A stretch of 31,546 bases of DNA from Bacteroidota bacterium (GTDB taxonomy: Bacteria; Bacteroidota; Bacteroidia; Bacteroidales; UBA12481). Every line of letters begins with the position of its first letter. Within the stretch, counting starts at the first letter, position 1. The notes below the pieces were generated by a model. It saw only the letters and a list, made by a program, of their open reading frames with translations, was not told the DNA's origin and made no database searches. Shown piece after piece: positions 1 to 9,339 of this stretch. The stretch spans positions 1 through 31,546 of the forward strand of contig JAUVKA010000001.1 of the NCBI GenBank assembly GCA_030592205.1, in the 5' to 3' direction. The position numbers were made by a program, and so were the translations under genes.

Positions 1-865
1 CTTCGCTCCGGTACACTTTGGTGTTATCTACTGAGGCTGCCAGATTATCCATCATCGCATCCAGTCCGGCATGAACTTTTTCCGATGACTGAAGGTGTGC
101 GTCTGATCCTTTCAGCTGAAGTTCATAAACTGTATTAAGGGCCGAAAGATTCTTGTTCAGTTTCTCAAGTTGTTCTGAATTACTGCTGCTTCCCTCACTC
201 AGTTTTGCATAATCCTTATTAATTGACGTAAGCATCTGATTATAGGATTCTGACAATTGACTGGACGATCTATTTACAGTCTCTACCAGGTTTGAACCTG
301 TTTGCGATAACATTTCGGCTGTGTTGGAATAGGAATCTGTCAGGCTGGCAGCAGATTGGTTAAGATCTTCTGCTGATTTGGTATAAGCATCTGAAAAAGA
401 ATCCAATTTGCCGGCAGCGGCTTTAACTGTCCCAATATAATCCTGGGTTACTACATGAGCATCGGAAATATCAGAAATCTTGCTGGTGGTGTCGGCCAGT
501 GTGCGCATTCCGGCACCAAGCTTATCAAGCATCTGCGGTGTGATTTCAGCCTTGGCAAAAAGTTGATCCATTTGTTGCATTGGAGATCCTTTGTGTATTG
601 CTTCCTTTTTCTTTTTCCCATTACCATTTGCCAGTTCAGGATACACCCGTTCCCAATTGTAATTTTCCATGGTGGGCTCCCAGGCCGAAAAGAAGAAAAT
701 AACAGCTTCTGTTCCAAGACCAGCGATTAGAAAATAGCTGGAATACCTCACATGTTCAAGCTTCATCAGGGCGCCGATCATTACGACACTTGCTCCCCAG
801 CCATACAGTCTGGCCATAAAAACCTTGTAGGTTTTTGAATTAACAATGTTTGATATTACTCCCAT
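1..865 (-). CDS. gldL: T9SS/gliding inner-membrane motor subunit PorL/GldL, 3'-truncated by the window edge; absent from the ORF track
   Basis: Manual translation from the ATG at 865: MGVISNIVNSKTYKVFMARLYGWGASVVMIGALMKLEH...LIAGLGTEAVIFFFSAWEP. This gives two TM helices with the conserved TEA Glu. I translated about 865-300 and 1-60 without meeting a stop, and the left edge reads in frame (DAMMDNLAASVDNTKVYRSE). Lies directly downstream of gldK. Confidence 0.93.
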   Translation of the reverse strand, partial: MGVISNIVNSKTYKVFMARLYGWGASVVMIGALMKLEHVRYSSYFLIAGLGTEAVIFFFSAWEPTMENYNWERVYPELANGNGKKKKEAIHKGSPMQQMDQLFAKAEITPQMLDKLGAGMRTLADTTSKISDISDAHVVTQDYIGTVKAAAGKLDSFSDAYTKSAEDLNQSAASLTDSYSNTAEMLSQTGSNLVETVNRSSSQLSESYNQMLTSINKDYAKLSEGSSSNSEQLEKLNKNLSALNTVYELQLKGSDAHLQSSEKVHAGLDAMMDNLAASVDNTKVYRSE

Positions 866-903
866 GATTTTATTTTTGGTTAGCGGTTTGTTTAAACTTT
901 AAT

Positions 904-2259
904 TTACAAATCTATGCCCAGAGTTGATCGAACACAGCGGAAACCAATAAAAGATTTAGCTGAATCCTGATATTCATAGGCGCGGGTACCTGACTGAAGG
1001 AAGTAAGAAATATCTTTCCAGCTGCCTCCCTTAACAACCTTTCTTTTCATTATCGATACTTCATTCGGCTTGGCGTTATATTCAAAATTAGGGTTCATGT
1101 CGTGAGTAAAACTATACGAGGTTTCATCGAAAGCAGAATTAGTCCATTCAGCCACGTTACCCGACATATCGTAGATACCATAATCATTGGGATCAAAAGA
1201 TCCAACCGGAGAAGGCTTGATATATCCATCATCCACATAATTACCCCTCATGGGTTTGAAATTAGCCAGAAAACACCCCTTTCCATCCCGGGTGTAAGGA
1301 CCGCCCCAAGGGTACATTGAAAGCTTCCTGCTACCGCGGGAGGCATATTCCCACTCAGATTCGGTTGGTAAACGGTAGTTTTGAACGAACATTTTGCTAC
1401 CCTTGTTAACCAGATAGTTGTTTTGATATTGGGTTCTCCATATGCAAAAGGATTTAGCCTGTTCCCAGGACACTCCTATAAGCGGGTAGTCATCATATCC
1501 AGGATGCCAGAAATACATTTTGGCCATTGGATCATTGTAGCTGTAAGTGAAGTCAGAAATCCAGCTTAATGTATCAGGATATATGTTAATTCGTACAGTA
1601 TTAATAAACTTGGAACGATCGGAAACCATGGCTTCATCCGCAAAAACAGTTTCTGATTTATCGGAGTTCATAATTTCACGCTTATAATCTATTCTTTCTG
1701 CTGCAGCTGCCTTGTAATCAATATCTTGATATTCATAAACCAGCTTTCTTGTATCTAGTTCTTTCCTTCTGAAAAAACGTTCATTTTCAGGTATATAAAA
1801 TTGATCCAGGATCTCAACAACCTCTTCATCCCGGGTATTAATCCTTGTTTCCCAGTTAAGGTATGGAGGGTCGATCGGATTGCCGTATTCATCTTCTTCA
1901 ATTAGGAATTCATCAGGATTTAAGTCCTGGCCTAATTTTTCTCGTACCATCGAATCAACAACCCAGGTAACAAACTGCCGGTATTCATTGTTGGTGATTT
2001 CCGTATCATCAATCCAAAAAGCATCAACAGAAATAGTTTTCGACTGGTTATTCAAGGCAAATGAGATATCCTCATCATTCGGTCCGATAACAAAGGAGCC
2101 CATTGGAACCTTAACCATGCCAAATGGGTCAGGTTCGAACCATTTTTCTCTTTTCTGAACGCCAATCAATTCGCCATTTCCAGCGGAAGAACATCCTGAC
2201 AGTATCAGGATAGCCACTAAACCGATTAGAATTAAGTTTTTCATAATAATTTTCTTCAT
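904..2259 (-). CDS. gldK: T9SS outer-membrane ring lipoprotein PorK/GldK (FGE-sulfatase-like fold)
   Basis: Lipobox LSGC; motifs EITNNEYRQF, YRLPTESEWEYA, GCFLANFKP, DMSGNVAEW and IGFRCV; position between porP and porL. The start may be the second Met at 2244. Confidence 0.93.
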   Translation of the reverse strand: MKKIIMKNLILIGLVAILILSGCSSAGNGELIGVQKREKWFEPDPFGMVKVPMGSFVIGPNDEDISFALNNQSKTISVDAFWIDDTEITNNEYRQFVTWVVDSMVREKLGQDLNPDEFLIEEDEYGNPIDPPYLNWETRINTRDEEVVEILDQFYIPENERFFRRKELDTRKLVYEYQDIDYKAAAAERIDYKREIMNSDKSETVFADEAMVSDRSKFINTVRINIYPDTLSWISDFTYSYNDPMAKMYFWHPGYDDYPLIGVSWEQAKSFCIWRTQYQNNYLVNKGSKMFVQNYRLPTESEWEYASRGSRKLSMYPWGGPYTRDGKGCFLANFKPMRGNYVDDGYIKPSPVGSFDPNDYGIYDMSGNVAEWTNSAFDETSYSFTHDMNPNFEYNAKPNEVSIMKRKVVKGGSWKDISYFLQSGTRAYEYQDSAKSFIGFRCVRSTLGIDL

Positions 2260-2305
2260 GGTTCTTAATGCAAAACGAGTTTTTGTACAATTTCAGTATT
2301 AAACT

Positions 2306-3271
2306 CTATAAAAATCTTATACTTCGATATTTACGTGAAGTTTTATCTGCCCCCACTTCTAAACTATAACTGATCATAAACTCAACTGAGCCGTTACTAT
2401 ATGCAGCAATTGCTGAGGTGGTAAAGTCGTAAGCAATACCTACCTGCATACCGTTAGTCAGCTCTGTTCCAGCCATGATCACCACAGCATCTCTAAGCCT
2501 ATACGAAACGCCGCCCCAAAACCTTTTATTGTATATCACCATTGCATTAACATCAAATTGCATGGAGGCCCCGTCGTATTTAGCAAATACAGAAGGCTGA
2601 AGTTCCAGGATAGGATTAGGTAAATTATAATTATATCCAAAAGTAAGGTAATAATGTCTTTTCATGTCTGTTACTGCGCTCAGGCCATAATCTATGGTTG
2701 GCTGCAACAAGTGTGTCGTCGACAGACCGGCATAAAAATCATCTGTATTGTAAAAAAGGCCTACTCCCATATCAAAAGCTATCCCAACCTCCTCTCCATC
2801 AGGTATGGCCGGGTCTTGTCCGGCTGATGCATGAAAATCACTGTCGGGGATACTCCACTCTCCCTTTAGGGTTTTGTTGAGTAAGCCGCCGCTGATACCT
2901 ATACCGAGATTACCTGCCCCAATGCTTAAACGGTAGGCATAGCTTAAATTAAGGGCCATGTTTTGCTCAAATCCCAGGCGGTCATCCAAAATACTTAATC
3001 CAACCCCACTACTAATTCCGAAGGGTTTCACAGGCGTATGCACGGAAAACAAAGTAGTTTTCGGATTCCCTTCAAAGCCCATCCATTGCTGGCGATTGAT
3101 CACCGAGGCATTGAGCAAACCCTGGCTTCCGGAATACCCTGGATTAATACCTGTATTACTAAACATATTCATGCTGAATTGGGGGTCTTGCTGAGCCATA
3201 GTTGAAAAACTCCAACAGACTCCCAGCAATACAATTAACAGTTTGAAAATATTTAACAGTGGCCTTCTCAT
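2306..3271 (-). CDS. porP: T9SS outer-membrane beta-barrel, PorP/SprF family
   Basis: Signal peptide followed by AQQDPQFS..MF..INPGYSG, RQQWMGFEGNPKT and YDFTTS; immediately upstream of porK. Confidence 0.9.
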   Translation of the reverse strand: MRRPLLNIFKLLIVLLGVCWSFSTMAQQDPQFSMNMFSNTGINPGYSGSQGLLNASVINRQQWMGFEGNPKTTLFSVHTPVKPFGISSGVGLSILDDRLGFEQNMALNLSYAYRLSIGAGNLGIGISGGLLNKTLKGEWSIPDSDFHASAGQDPAIPDGEEVGIAFDMGVGLFYNTDDFYAGLSTTHLLQPTIDYGLSAVTDMKRHYYLTFGYNYNLPNPILELQPSVFAKYDGASMQFDVNAMVIYNKRFWGGVSYRLRDAVVIMAGTELTNGMQVGIAYDFTTSAIAAYSNGSVEFMISYSLEVGADKTSRKYRSIRFL

Positions 3272-3290
3272 TTCAAGACAGTAAAATAAG

Positions 3291-3298
3291 CGAAAATA
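3291..3298 (-). promoter_or_regulatory. Possible Bacteroidota -7 element (TATTTTCG variant) upstream of porP
   Basis: Plus strand reads cgaaaata; one mismatch to TAnnTTTG, about 20 bp upstream of the porP ATG. Confidence 0.35.
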
Positions 3299-3354
3299 TA
3301 TATACTGTACAAGTTTTTATAAGGTTGGGAAAGGCTTGGAAATTATGTCGTAGC

Positions 3355-4500
3355 CTAAGAAAGGCGCTGAAAGTTCTTCCACCATCTGTCTGGAATTTCA
3401 CCATTGCATGCCATTTGATAATCGGATGGGGTACAGGCAACGAAAATTGAACGGCTGTATTTTGATTCCGGATAAGGTACTTCCAGCCACCAGCGCTTAG
3501 TTTTTTGGCTTTTGTAAAAGAGTAGGTCATGCCCTACCTGAGGAACATTAACAATGAACTTTTGATAGCTTCTGATATCCTTAAATGGGTACTCGCTTTT
3601 CCTCTGAAAAAATCCTTGTAAGAAATGCCATATAATCTGAGCGGCTAGAGCTGTAGATCGCTGATCCTTAGCGCCTTTAGCGCTAAAATCATTCAAAAAG
3701 AAGCAGCTTAATCTTTCACTTAATCCAGCATACCTGCTCAACTGGCAGGCCTCTTCTGCATACAGCCCATTGGGGCCGGAATGATCACTTGCAGGGGCAT
3801 CGGATTCACGTATAGCCGACATGGAAAAACTAAGAATATCAGTGTTCCTGAACTCGGGTTCTGATTCCTGGATATCCTGACGGATTCGCCCAAGGCGGAT
3901 ATGATTAAAAAACAATTGATCTAATAATTCCAGTATGGCCGGAGAGGTAAAATAGGCTTGGTAGGCCAGGTGAGTATAATCGAATAATCGGTTCTTAGGA
4001 TCCAGTAAAATTTTATTCAAATAGTGCGAATTAGGTGATTTCATCTCTATCGAAAGAGGAATTCCTGCATCAATTCCGCAAATATTGACTCGTTGTTCTA
4101 AAAGCGCATAGGCATTATATACTGGAAAAGTATCCTTTGTTTTACCTCCAACAAGGATAAAAGTTTTTTGTTTCCTGCCCAATTCAGCCACTACATCCCT
4201 TAATCCACTTTCTGTATCAGCCTTGGTTTTACCCTTTCGAAGAGTTCCCATGTCCAAAATGGATGACGCAGGAAAATGATCACTCAGCGCATACAAGTGT
4301 TTTTTGATCATAAGGGACTCTGGAGAATCCGGATATCCAAAAATTACAATTTGGGCACTGTCCAAATCAGTTTCACTACTATCGCTGTTAAGAAAGTTGA
4401 CCTGATCCCCAAGGGGCTGGTATTGAAAGGGTATACGGCTTGATAATAAACTGGTATCTGCCGGTTCAAAATAAGCAAACAAATCCCTTCCGGTGGCCAT
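3355..4500 (-). CDS. Arginase/formimidoylglutamase-fold protein with degenerate metal-binding motifs
   Basis: Ureohydrolase-like layout (DMGTL, ILVGG, IDA, LGYQ-like LAYQAYF, GPNGLYAEEACQLSRYAG) but no GGDH, DAHxD or DxDxxD motif. The ATG lies 2 bp after the topA stop. Confidence 0.75.
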   Translation of the reverse strand: MATGRDLFAYFEPADTSLLSSRIPFQYQPLGDQVNFLNSDSSETDLDSAQIVIFGYPDSPESLMIKKHLYALSDHFPASSILDMGTLRKGKTKADTESGLRDVVAELGRKQKTFILVGGKTKDTFPVYNAYALLEQRVNICGIDAGIPLSIEMKSPNSHYLNKILLDPKNRLFDYTHLAYQAYFTSPAILELLDQLFFNHIRLGRIRQDIQESEPEFRNTDILSFSMSAIRESDAPASDHSGPNGLYAEEACQLSRYAGLSERLSCFFLNDFSAKGAKDQRSTALAAQIIWHFLQGFFQRKSEYPFKDIRSYQKFIVNVPQVGHDLLFYKSQKTKRWWLEVPYPESKYSRSIFVACTPSDYQMACNGEIPDRWWKNFQRLS

Positions 4501-4502
4501 AA

Positions 4503-6815
4503 CTACTTTTTCTTTTTTGGCTTTGGTGCTTTTTCAATAAGATCTTTGCACTCCTCATAACTTAAGGCAGCCGGATCTGTATTTTTAGGAATTCGGAAAT
4601 TAGATTTCTGATAAGAAATGTAAGGCCCATACCTTCCATTCAAAACCATTAGATCCGGATCATTATCAAATGTCTTAATGATTTTTTTAAGGTCTGCCTC
4701 CCGTTTCTGCAGGATCAGCTCCTTTGCCCGGTCAGCAGTTATTGTCATGGGATCATCCAGGTCCTTTTTTAGTGAATAAAAAGAACCTTTATGTCTGATA
4801 TCAGGGCCAAAGCGCCCCATACCAACAATTAACTCCGTGTCCTCATATTCTCCCAGTGATCTGGGAAGATTAAATAACTTCAGAGCTTCTTCAAGAGTGA
4901 TAGTTTCTATCAGCTGACCTTTCTGCAATCTGGCAAAACGGGGTTTTGAATCCTCTCCTTTTTCACCGATCTGAGCCATTGGTCCATAGCGCCCTATCCT
5001 CACTATTATTGTTTCTCCGGTTTCAGGGTGCTTTCCCAACTCACGTTCACCTGAACTGCGCTGGCTGTTTTTTTGAGTATTATCCACCTTTTTATGAAAA
5101 GGTATATAAAACTTGTGGATCATACTATGCCAAACCAATTCACCATCAGCAATACTATCAAAGTCTTTTTCTACTGAGGCAGTGAAATTGAAATCCATGA
5201 TATTACTGAAGTGCTCAACCAGGAAGTCGTTGACTACCATGCCAATATCTGTAGGGAAGAGTTTGGATTTTTCATATCCTGATTTTTCAGATTTGTTGAT
5301 CGAAGTAATTTTTCCATCCGACAAAACTATTCCTTTCAGCTCCCTGGTGATACCGGGACGATCCTCTTTTACTACATATTCCCTATTCTGGATAGTAGAA
5401 ATAGTTGGGGCGTAGGTGGATGGTCTGCCAATGCCCATTTCTTCCATTTTTTTCACCAAACTGGCTTCGGTAAATCTTGGTGGATAATGAGTGAAGCGTT
5501 GAAGGGCCTCAATATTATCAATATCCAATTTTTGATCTTTAGTTACAGGCGGAAGGAGTCCATTTCCGTTGCCTTCTTTTTCCTCATCTGAACCTTCCAT
5601 ATAGACTTTCAGAAAACCATCAAATAACAAAACTTCACCAGATGATAAAAACCGTTCCGTACGATTGGATATTGATATGTTAATGGTAGTTTTTTCTAAT
5701 CTGGCGGCACTCATTTGAGAGGCAATAGCTCTTTTCCAGATCAGACTATAAAGTTTCTTTTCATTAGCATTTGCTCCGGCTTCCCTTTTGTTCATGTAGG
5801 AGGGACGTATTGCCTCATGTGCTTCCTGAGCACCCTTAACCTTGGTTTTAAAAAGTCGCCTTTTGGCGTATTCCTTTCCAAATTCCTCTGTTATTTCTTT
5901 GCTGGCGGTATTCAAGGCCAAATCAGATAGATTAACAGAGTCAGTTCTCATATAAGTAATGTGCCCGGCTTCATATAGGTGCTGGGCTAAAGTCATGGTT
6001 TGACTCACAGAAAAACTGAACTTTCTGCTGGCCTCTTGCTGAAGAGTAGAGGTAGTAAAAGGAGGAGCGGGTGATTTTGTTGATGGTTTTGTTTCAATTC
6101 CTGAAACAAGAAAATCTGCAGTTTTGCAAAAATCAATAAAAGCCCGGGCTTCCTCCAGAGAAGAAAAACGCTGGTTGAGTTCTGATTTTAAATGGGCGGG
6201 TTTACCCTTTTTATCGTTGAAGGAGAAAAACCCGCTTACCCGAAAACTTTCCTTTGAAACGAATTTTAGTATCTCCCTTTCACGGTCAACCAGCAAGCGA
6301 ACTGCAACACTTTGGACTCTTCCTGCTGATAGGGATGGTTTTACTTTTTTCCATAGTACAGGACTGAGTTCAAATCCCACCAAACGATCAAGCACTCTTC
6401 TGGCCTGTTGTGCATTTACGAGGTTTTGATTCACCGAACGCGGATTATCTATGGCACCGAGGATAGCATTTTTTGTGATCTCATGAAAAACAATCCTTCT
6501 GGTTTTGTCAGCAGGCAGCTTGAGCACTTCTGCAAGATGCCAGGCAATCGCTTCTCCTTCACGGTCCTCATCAGATGCCAACCAAACAGTTTTTGCCTCC
6601 TTGGCCAACTTCTTCAGCTCAGCAACTATTTTTTTCTTATCCGGGGATATAATATACTGGGGCTGATATTGATTATTCAAGTCAATTCCATAATCTTTCT
6701 TCGACAAGTCACGGATATGTCCGAAACTGGACTTAACCAGAAAATCCTTGCCAAGATACTTCCCGATAGTTTTCGCTTTAGCTGGTGATTCTACAATTAC
6801 AAGATTATCAACCAT
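4503..6815 (-). CDS. topA: DNA topoisomerase I (type IA) with C-terminal GRYGP repeats
   Basis: LVIVESPAK, SSFGHIRDL, SDEDREGEAI, AGRVQS, ITYMRTDS (catalytic Tyr) and GIGRPSTY. Start moved to the ATG at 6815 (MVDNLVIV); the 50-aa extension in the ORF track covers the promoter region. Confidence 0.97.
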   Translation of the reverse strand: MVDNLVIVESPAKAKTIGKYLGKDFLVKSSFGHIRDLSKKDYGIDLNNQYQPQYIISPDKKKIVAELKKLAKEAKTVWLASDEDREGEAIAWHLAEVLKLPADKTRRIVFHEITKNAILGAIDNPRSVNQNLVNAQQARRVLDRLVGFELSPVLWKKVKPSLSAGRVQSVAVRLLVDREREILKFVSKESFRVSGFFSFNDKKGKPAHLKSELNQRFSSLEEARAFIDFCKTADFLVSGIETKPSTKSPAPPFTTSTLQQEASRKFSFSVSQTMTLAQHLYEAGHITYMRTDSVNLSDLALNTASKEITEEFGKEYAKRRLFKTKVKGAQEAHEAIRPSYMNKREAGANANEKKLYSLIWKRAIASQMSAARLEKTTINISISNRTERFLSSGEVLLFDGFLKVYMEGSDEEKEGNGNGLLPPVTKDQKLDIDNIEALQRFTHYPPRFTEASLVKKMEEMGIGRPSTYAPTISTIQNREYVVKEDRPGITRELKGIVLSDGKITSINKSEKSGYEKSKLFPTDIGMVVNDFLVEHFSNIMDFNFTASVEKDFDSIADGELVWHSMIHKFYIPFHKKVDNTQKNSQRSSGERELGKHPETGETIIVRIGRYGPMAQIGEKGEDSKPRFARLQKGQLIETITLEEALKLFNLPRSLGEYEDTELIVGMGRFGPDIRHKGSFYSLKKDLDDPMTITADRAKELILQKREADLKKIIKTFDNDPDLMVLNGRYGPYISYQKSNFRIPKNTDPAALSYEECKDLIEKAPKPKKKK

Positions 6816-6920
6816 ATTTCTCATGAATTTTTTAAAGTGGCACAAAGTAAAAGATAATTTTTTTATATATAGATGCGTTTTCTTTATTAATGTGGAAAAT
6901 ATGTTCCATTTAAAATTTAT

Positions 6921-6928
6921 TATTTTTG
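6921..6928 (+). promoter_or_regulatory. Bacteroidota housekeeping -7 element TATTTTTG for PBP1A
   Basis: Exact TAnnTTTG match 16 bp upstream of the ATG at 6945, in a divergent intergenic region. Confidence 0.6.
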
Positions 6929-6944
6929 CCGCAAACTGTATATA

Positions 6945-9290
6945 ATGGCTAAAAAGTCTGTTCATATTTACCGTCGATACCTCTTGGTTTTTTGGGGTTT
7001 GTATGCTGGAGGATTAATATTGATAATCCTGATGTTTTTTTTCATTTCCCAGGGAAAGTTAGGCTTTATGCCCAGCTTTTCTGAACTCGAGAACCCCGAA
7101 ATTAGCCAGGCCAGCCAAATTATTTCCAATGATGGGCTTGTAATGGGACAGTATTTCGATAGGGATGATAATCGTGTTAGTGTTGCCAGCAAAGAAATTT
7201 CCCCTTTTATGATAAATGCCTTGGTCTCGATTGAGGATCAACGCTATTACAAACATTCAGGTATTGATTTCCGGGGTTTGGCAAGGGTGCTGGTGAAAAG
7301 CCTCCTCCTGGGCCAGGAAACTGGTGGAGGAAGCACAATCACTCAGCAATTAGGGAAGCAGCTATTTCCCAGGGGGGAGAGCTACCATAGGAAACCGATC
7401 AAATTTGCCGTTCGTAAATTCCGGGAGTGGGTTATTGCCGTGAAATTGGAAAAGTCTTTTGCCAAAGAGGAAATAATAGCTCTGTATCTTAATAAATTTG
7501 ATTTTTTAAATAACGGAGATGGAATTCTGACCGCCTCCAGGGTGTATTTCAATGCTACACCAAATGAACTGAAAATAGAAGAAGCAGCCATGTTGGCTGC
7601 TATGGCTAAAAACCCCTCAGCCTATAATCCCAGGCGATTTGAAGAAAGAGCCTTGTTCCGACGGAATCTTGTTATTAATAAAATGAAAAGTCTGGAGTAT
7701 ATCGAGCCTGAAGTGGCTGATTCTGTTTTATTGACAAATATTCTTCTGGATTTTCAAAAGGTCGACCATAAACTTGGTATGGCAACATACTACAGAGAAA
7801 GATTGAGAATTACGCTACAGGAACAAAAACCGAAAAATAATCCGGAAGATGCTGCCGAATGGGATGCTACTCCGATAAGAGGCTGGTTACATAAGAACTT
7901 TAAAAAGAATGGTGAAAAATACGACTTGTACAGGGACGGGTTAAAGATCTATTCTACTCTCGACTCTAGAATGCAAAAGTACGCTGAAGAGGCTGTTGTG
8001 GAGCATATTAGAGATGACTTACAGCCCTCTATTGAGAGAGAGTATAAAAACCGTCGTCGACCCCCATTTGATGATTCATTTACCAAGTCGGAAGTTGAAA
8101 ATTTTGTTCGTTTAGCTCGCTTGTATAGCGAACGATACCGAGTACACCAACTGCAAAAGCTGTCAAATGATTCTATTCGGATTTTGTTTGACACTCCTGT
8201 TGGAATGAGAATATTCAGCTGGGAAGGGGAGGTTGATACCATCATGACCCCCAATGATTCGATACGATATTATAAACGCTTTCTCAGGGCTGCCCTCATG
8301 TCTGTTGATCCCCATAGTGGCCAGGTTAGAGCTTATGTGGGCGGTATTGATTATTCTCATTTTCAATATGATCAGGTGATGCAAGGCCGGCGCCAGGTAG
8401 GATCAATCTTCAAGCCTTTTGTTTACACCTTAGCTATGCAACATGGATATTCTCCCTGCTACGAGGTGCCGAATGTTCCCGTTCAGTTTAAATTTGTCAG
8501 TGCAACTACAGGAAATGATACAATTTATCAGCCCAAATTCTCACATGTTGAGGGCTACGACGGAAGAATGGTAACACTAAAAAAGGGACTGGCTAAATCA
8601 ATGAACCAGATATCTGCCTGGGTAATCAAAAGATATAATCCACAGGCGGTGATTGATCTGGTAAGAAAGATGGGAGTTAAGTCTTCGATTGATCCTGTTT
8701 GGCCAATCTGCGTGGGTTCAGCTGAACTTCCGGTTTATGAGGTTGTTGGAGCCTTCACGACTTTTGCCAATAAAGGGATTTGGATTGAGCCTATGTTTGT
8801 TACAAGAATTGAGGATAAAGACGGAAATTTGATAAGTGCCTTTTTACCTAAAGAGGAGGAAGCCATATCTGAATTTGCAGCCTATAAAATGCTTAACTTA
8901 ATGGAAGGAGTGACCCGTGGTGATGGGACTGGTATCCGCCTCCGGTTTAAGTATAATTTCGAAAATCCCATTGCAGGTAAAACTGGAACGACAAACGATA
9001 ATGTGGACGGATGGTTTGTTGGAATAGTGCCTAATCTGGTTACCGGAACCTGGGCAGGAGGAGAAGATAATAGTATTCGTTTCAGAAATGATTTGCTGGG
9101 ACAGGGGGCGAATATGGCTCTGCCTATGTGGGCACTGTACATGAAAAAAATATATGCCGACAGCACTCTGAGTATTTCTCAAGAGGAATTTGAACCCCCG
9201 CTTAATTTTAATATCGACCTGGATTGCGAAAGGGTTAATAAGAAAACCATTAATAAAAGGGTATTAGATGATTTTGATGAGGATTTTTAA
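6945..9290 (+). CDS. mrcA: Class A penicillin-binding protein (transglycosylase-transpeptidase, PBP1A type)
   Basis: N-terminal TM; GT51 motifs EDQRY..HSG, GGSTITQQL, RK.REW and YLN; transpeptidase motifs SIFK, SMN and KTG. Confidence 0.92.
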   Translation: MAKKSVHIYRRYLLVFWGLYAGGLILIILMFFFISQGKLGFMPSFSELENPEISQASQIISNDGLVMGQYFDRDDNRVSVASKEISPFMINALVSIEDQRYYKHSGIDFRGLARVLVKSLLLGQETGGGSTITQQLGKQLFPRGESYHRKPIKFAVRKFREWVIAVKLEKSFAKEEIIALYLNKFDFLNNGDGILTASRVYFNATPNELKIEEAAMLAAMAKNPSAYNPRRFEERALFRRNLVINKMKSLEYIEPEVADSVLLTNILLDFQKVDHKLGMATYYRERLRITLQEQKPKNNPEDAAEWDATPIRGWLHKNFKKNGEKYDLYRDGLKIYSTLDSRMQKYAEEAVVEHIRDDLQPSIEREYKNRRRPPFDDSFTKSEVENFVRLARLYSERYRVHQLQKLSNDSIRILFDTPVGMRIFSWEGEVDTIMTPNDSIRYYKRFLRAALMSVDPHSGQVRAYVGGIDYSHFQYDQVMQGRRQVGSIFKPFVYTLAMQHGYSPCYEVPNVPVQFKFVSATTGNDTIYQPKFSHVEGYDGRMVTLKKGLAKSMNQISAWVIKRYNPQAVIDLVRKMGVKSSIDPVWPICVGSAELPVYEVVGAFTTFANKGIWIEPMFVTRIEDKDGNLISAFLPKEEEAISEFAAYKMLNLMEGVTRGDGTGIRLRFKYNFENPIAGKTGTTNDNVDGWFVGIVPNLVTGTWAGGEDNSIRFRNDLLGQGANMALPMWALYMKKIYADSTLSISQEEFEPPLNFNIDLDCERVNKKTINKRVLDDFDEDF

Positions 9291-9339
9291 CAATCCCTTC
9301 TGTGTTTGACCACCTTCCTTCAATCAGGCCTGATTTCAA

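Noticed and set aside
4795-4820. GRFGPD instead of the usual GR(F/Y)GPY in the second TopA C-terminal repeat
   Set aside because: A single TAT-to-GAT difference in a variable repeat. It may be natural drift or another base error and is not interpretable alone.
6838-6852. TGGCAC as a sigma-54 -24 element
   Set aside because: There is no GC at the -12 position (AA follows GG-N10). On the other strand the same bases form a near-match housekeeping -7 element (TTACTTTG) for topA.
6816-6965. N-terminal extensions in the ORF track for topA, panC, the glgA-like gene, metG and the regulator
   Set aside because: For topA, the glgA-like gene and metG the extension runs through the predicted promoter; in each case the family-typical N-terminus begins at a downstream ATG.
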